A stretch of DNA of 63,693 nucleotides, counting the filler, from Craspedostauros australis (Eukaryota), in the NCBI GenBank assembly GCA_030167865.1. It is 13 parts of 13 records of this genome, joined end to end, with 100 filler letters (N's around TTAATTAATTAA, not from the genome) between each part and the next. Parts side by side here need not be neighbours in the genome. Positions count along the whole stretch, not along the records: positions 48,635 to 63,693 come from JALAGF010003799.1; 12 more parts are not named here. The stretch is one strand, 5' to 3'. Below are positions 59,457 to 63,693 of this stretch, one piece after another; position 1 is the first letter of the stretch, and each line of letters begins with the position of its first letter. A program made the translations under genes and the position numbers. The notes below the pieces were generated by a model. It had not been told where the DNA came from and made no database searches. It worked only from the letters and a program-made list of their open reading frames with translations.

Positions 59457-62024
59457 TTACTTGCAGCTGGCTGGGCAATAGCTGCCAAAGGCAATCTCGA
59501 ACTTGGCACCGAGAGGCGTGCAGGTGGAAGACGATGTTCCGCCGTATTGGCATTTGTTGCATTTCATGCCATCCGTGACGGGAGTATCGTTGCACGCGAA
59601 GGAGAAGAGGATGAGGTTCGCGTTAAAGTTGGAGCCGAAGCCGACGTAATAACAGGAGTTTTGCGGCGTGCAAGTAGTATCTCCGACAATTGTGTCCCCC
59701 CCGAACTGGTTGAAGCTCTTGACACCGTCGTTGAAGTAAGAGTTGATTTTCGTGCACGATCTGTCGTTGACACAGGACCCGGTTCCCACAACAGTGGTTG
59801 ACACACGCTTGTTCTTGTCACCGCCGGTGTCCTGGGTGGGTGTTAGGTTCGCGTAATCTTCTGGTCCAGCACCCATGCCAAGGCAGGCTCTTGCTGCAGC
59901 GCATGATCCTGCGCCAATAATGGCGTAGCCGTCCGACTGCTGCGCGAAGGAGTGGCATGCCTGGTTTCCAGTGCATGATCCTGGCCCAATGATGGAGGCC
60001 TTGTCACTTCCAGAGTTGAAGTTGAAGTAGGAGCATGCGTCAGTACCGGAAGAAGTGCCAGAGAGGCAGGATCCCTGGAAGATCATGGACTGAGTCTCGA
60101 TGCTTTTGCAGACCTTGTCCCCAATGCAACTGTTGGATGCGATAGACGCGATGCCGATCCAGGAGCAGGCCTCGGTTCCGACGCAGCATGTGCGTCCTGC
60201 CATACCACACCAATCAATAGCCTCAGGAGCGGTTCCCGTGAACATCTCACCGGCGGCAGCGGCGGCCGCGCTGAAGATCTGGAGGACACCGCTCTTTCCG
60301 CTGATGGTATCGAAGAGAGCGACGCCGTCATCAATGGTTGCCTGGTTTTCAAAGATCCCAAGAAGATCTGCTTCGTTTTGGATAGTGGAGAGAAGGGACA
60401 ATCCCGTGGATGTGCCTGGTGTTCCGAGAGCAACCAGGAATGTCAGGGGAGTTGGAGCCGATGTCGGTGCCGAAGTCGGAGCTGTGGGGGCCGATGAAGC
60501 AGTGGGGGGAGAGGTTGGTGCCGAAGTTGGTGCCGAAGTCGGCGAAGCCGTTGGAGCTGTTGGGGATGATGTGGGAGGTGACGTGGCAGGCGTTGGGAAA
60601 GGGGTGGGGAAAAAGGTCGGAGAGTCTGTGGGCAAGGTGTCCTTGCCAATGCAGTACTCATCCACCTTGTCACCAGTGGGATTGTTGTTTGTGTCATTGC
60701 CTCCTTTTGGACAGGCCCCATCGACATCACTCATGATGTAGACTTCGTCGGAGTCGCACTCCGTCTTCGTCATGCATCCTCTGCAGCCTTTGACACTGCC
60801 GCATCCACCAGGAGGGACGACGAGGTCGGTTGTCATCTTGTCATTGAAGCCCATCTTCTCGCATGACCCATTGGCGGCGCAGCCACCAGAACCAATGGTC
60901 AGGCTGCCTACACGCTTGCCACCAGTACCATAGTTGACAGTGGAATGGGCATCCTTGCAGGCATTGCTGCCGACGCACGCATTCTCACCGATGTCGATGT
61001 GGCTGCGGTTGTTGGAGAGGGCCTTCTGCACGACACGGCGTCCAGCTGCCTTGCATGCGTCTGTCCCAATGCATGCACCGGTCTGGATGGTGACATCACC
61101 ATGAGAACGACGTCCCACTCCCTCACAAGATTGAGGGGTGGTACATGCCATCTCACCGACGAAGGTGACTCCTGTGATGGACGGATTGATTTCATTTTCG
61201 TTCACCAACTCGCATGCACTCGCGCCAGTGCAGGAGGAATCGAGAATGAGCGGGTTGGGTCCCATGTCCTTGCAGGCGCTGTCACCGGTGCATGCAGTGA
61301 TTGCAATGGTCATGAATGGAGGAGAGTTGGAGGCGGAACCGGTGACTGAAGTGCATCCCGAGGATCCTTGGCAGCATGGGTCTGCGACGGCAGGCGATTG
61401 CATCGCAGCGATGTCCGTGCATGCTGTGCTCATTTCATCTGGTCGTTCGGTGACGAGGACTGGCTTGGTGGTAGCGACCAGGGCCAATTGGCCAGAAAGG
61501 ATATCGCTGGATGCGTACTTGTTGAAGAGCTTGCGTGCAGCTCCTTCGCCGAGGTCTCCTGCGCATCCGAAGAAGTTCTGCAGCTGCTCGGATTCCTTGA
61601 CGGCGGTCACTGCCTCGCGGCAGGATGGCTTGGCAGAGTTACAGATGATGGTTTTGGCGCTTCTCTCTTCCATTGTGAGATCGGTAGCGCCATCCGGCTT
61701 GCAGGCAACGGAGATGGTGGAATCGAAGACGGTTGGGGCAGCTGATGGTTTGGCAGTTGGTAGGAGCGTGGGCTGGGAGGTCGGCGATGCGGTTGGCGGG
61801 GTCGTTTCTGGATCAGTTGGGTTTTCAGAGGGTGGCACTTGGTTGATCTTGTTGCTCTTGTTGGTGTCACCGCCGGTGCCCTTGAGGATGCGGGTCTTCA
61901 TCATCATCATGTGGAGTTCCTCGGTTGGATCCACGGGAATCCTGTTGCCGCGGAGCACGGCGTCGACCGTTGCCGTGTCGGCGAGAGCGAGAAAGGCCGC
62001 GAAGGCTGTCTTGGTGTAGATCAT
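59457..62024 (-). CDS. Secreted Cys-rich repeat protein with Pro/Thr/Ser linkers (855 aa)
   Basis: Signal peptide, RIL (RXL) site, two PTxxPT tracts and two blocks of (S/A)CxGxxAC repeats; uninterrupted ORF. Confidence 0.88.
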   Translation of the reverse strand: MIYTKTAFAAFLALADTATVDAVLRGNRIPVDPTEELHMMMMKTRILKGTGGDTNKSNKINQVPPSENPTDPETTPPTASPTSQPTLLPTAKPSAAPTVFDSTISVACKPDGATDLTMEERSAKTIICNSAKPSCREAVTAVKESEQLQNFFGCAGDLGEGAARKLFNKYASSDILSGQLALVATTKPVLVTERPDEMSTACTDIAAMQSPAVADPCCQGSSGCTSVTGSASNSPPFMTIAITACTGDSACKDMGPNPLILDSSCTGASACELVNENEINPSITGVTFVGEMACTTPQSCEGVGRRSHGDVTIQTGACIGTDACKAAGRRVVQKALSNNRSHIDIGENACVGSNACKDAHSTVNYGTGGKRVGSLTIGSGGCAANGSCEKMGFNDKMTTDLVVPPGGCGSVKGCRGCMTKTECDSDEVYIMSDVDGACPKGGNDTNNNPTGDKVDEYCIGKDTLPTDSPTFFPTPFPTPATSPPTSSPTAPTASPTSAPTSAPTSPPTASSAPTAPTSAPTSAPTPLTFLVALGTPGTSTGLSLLSTIQNEADLLGIFENQATIDDGVALFDTISGKSGVLQIFSAAAAAAGEMFTGTAPEAIDWCGMAGRTCCVGTEACSWIGIASIASNSCIGDKVCKSIETQSMIFQGSCLSGTSSGTDACSYFNFNSGSDKASIIGPGSCTGNQACHSFAQQSDGYAIIGAGSCAAARACLGMGAGPEDYANLTPTQDTGGDKNKRVSTTVVGTGSCVNDRSCTKINSYFNDGVKSFNQFGGDTIVGDTTCTPQNSCYYVGFGSNFNANLILFSFACNDTPVTDGMKCNKCQYGGTSSSTCTPLGAKFEIAFGSYCPASCK

Positions 62025-62231
62025 GGTTGCTCGGTACTTGGTGGTTGGTGATTGATCGTTCAGGGTTGATAGTTGCTTGTTTGGTGTTCTTGGTTGACAA
62101 CTTGGATGGATTTATGAGACGAAGAGTTTGATTTGTTGGTTGTTCGAACCATTTTGCTTGCGTCTTCGATGTTGTGCATGAGGCAACATGGTACGAGCAT
62201 GGCATGGCGTCCAGGGAGACCAAAGCTCCGC

Positions 62232-62615
62232 CACAACCGGAACCTTCACAACTGGTGACATCACCGTTGGACACAAAGACTCCGTGAATCGATGTCGATG
62301 CCCAGCACTTATGGTGCAGGATGACCCTCCCTGATGCACATCATCCATTGTGCCTGACCAATAATACGTCCGAGCAAAGCGCATGCGAGTATGATACGAC
62401 TAGGACAAGCAGACAGGGAACCTTCACAACCTGGAACCTTCGCAACGGGTGACATCACCGTTGGACAGAAAGACTCCGTGGATCGATGCCGATGACCAAC
62501 ACTTATGGTGCAGGATGACCCTCCCTGATGTACATCATCCATTGGGCCTGAACTATATTGCGTCCGAGCAAAGCGCATGCGAGTACGATTGTGGTAGGAC
62601 AAGCAGACAAGGAAC
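62232..62615 (+). repeat. Tandem duplication with ~193-bp unit upstream of the secreted-protein gene
   Basis: Units start at 62232 and 62425 (GGTGACATCACCGTTGGACA...TAGGACAAGCAGACA). Confidence 0.92.
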
Positions 62616-63693
62616 ATGGCGCCCTTGCTAAACTCCACATGCCATCATCTGTCGTCCTTCTTGATCCGCTGTTCTCGCCTGTACCAGGACAGGACTTTGT
62701 CGCAGTCTGGTTTCCACAAGGGTACACACTTTATGTGTTTTTGCATGCAAGACGCAACACGCAACACGCAACCGCCACACCTCATTCGGTAATAGAACAC
62801 TCTTGGAGTAGAGCAGCGGAAAATACATCAAGATCGCGACCACTTCAACGCAATAACGCAAGCGATGAATCGGTATCTGGGTTTGCACCTCCCCAACAAA
62901 AAAGGAGAGAGAAAAAGACTCGCCAATTGGTGGGGTGGAAGGGTCTTCTTGGTCGTCGCCTCTGTGTTACAAACATAATCAGATGACAAGCTCTCGCGGA
63001 ACGAGAGCTGAATGCGCTTTGCAGGATGAAACACCTTTTTGAATTTTGGTTGGGCATACTCGACGTGGGTGGGAGAGCGGTTTAGCCTTGAAATACGTAC
63101 TACATCCTGGAACAGAGTATCACTGCTTGCTTGCGACCTACTATATGATAGATGAATTGGGTCTGTGCATATGTGGGCGTAACCCTGGCAAGAATACTCC
63201 AACACTGATACTATTGTACATTATACTGTGCAGCCGTGCCACTCAACAAATGCGAACGTGCTGCCCTGGGATCGGAGTTTGTGACTCCACTTCACTCTCA
63301 CAAGCATCCACGTGACGAACACAACACAACACAACACTGCCCAAGTTTCGTGACATGTTGTGAACACATGTTCGTCGCCTCCGCGAAGAATCTCCGTTGG
63401 GCGAAGACAGAGAGGCATTCGATGACACCTCTTGAGATTCTCTGTGGCTACTAGCGTCTCGTGGCTAATTTCCGGTTTTTTGGCACTTTTTGGTAATTAT
63501 TAGGGAGATATCGCATGTAATTTGATGAGTCCCAGGGTCCAAAATAACCTGATAGAGACATTTCGTTGGGGGGGTGGATGAGAATTTCGCTTCTTCAAAT
63601 TACATGGCAAGTTGAGATTCAATGAGGGACAGACTATTACCGGATACGGTATCAACCAGATGGGAGAAATTCTTGTTTTGGCGCGAAATCTTC

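Overview
This window is eukaryotic DNA, most likely from a pennate diatom. That call is inferred from the spliceosomal introns, a CoDi-like Ty1/Copia element, a bipartite-type presequence and diatom-typical gene families. It is not one contiguous locus: 13 short contigs are joined by 12 identical 100-bp artificial linkers (N44-TTAATTAATTAA-N44). Many contigs are allelic or overlapping copies of each other, so the apparent duplications (PanK x4, PTPS x2, DUF1769 x3, hemerythrin-like x3) are mostly assembly redundancy. Recognisable genes are: type II pantothenate kinase, an ankyrin-repeat protein, a Glu-type (PTPS-III) pterin synthase, D-2-hydroxyglutarate dehydrogenase, an FkbM methyltransferase, spliced RPB12, DUF1769, a degenerate hemerythrin-like protein with a plastid-type presequence, a 4-exon single-pass EF-hand membrane protein and a secreted Cys/Pro-Thr-rich protein. 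There are also two pseudogenes (YeeE/YedE and a COG3899-type STAND ATPase), a nested transposon cluster (Copia RT/RNase H, several LTRs, a Harbinger fragment), dispersed repeats showing CpG decay, and one non-coding subtelomere-like contig. I found no CRISPR array, RNA gene or clearly new multi-gene system. All family calls come from reading motifs by eye, not from database searches.
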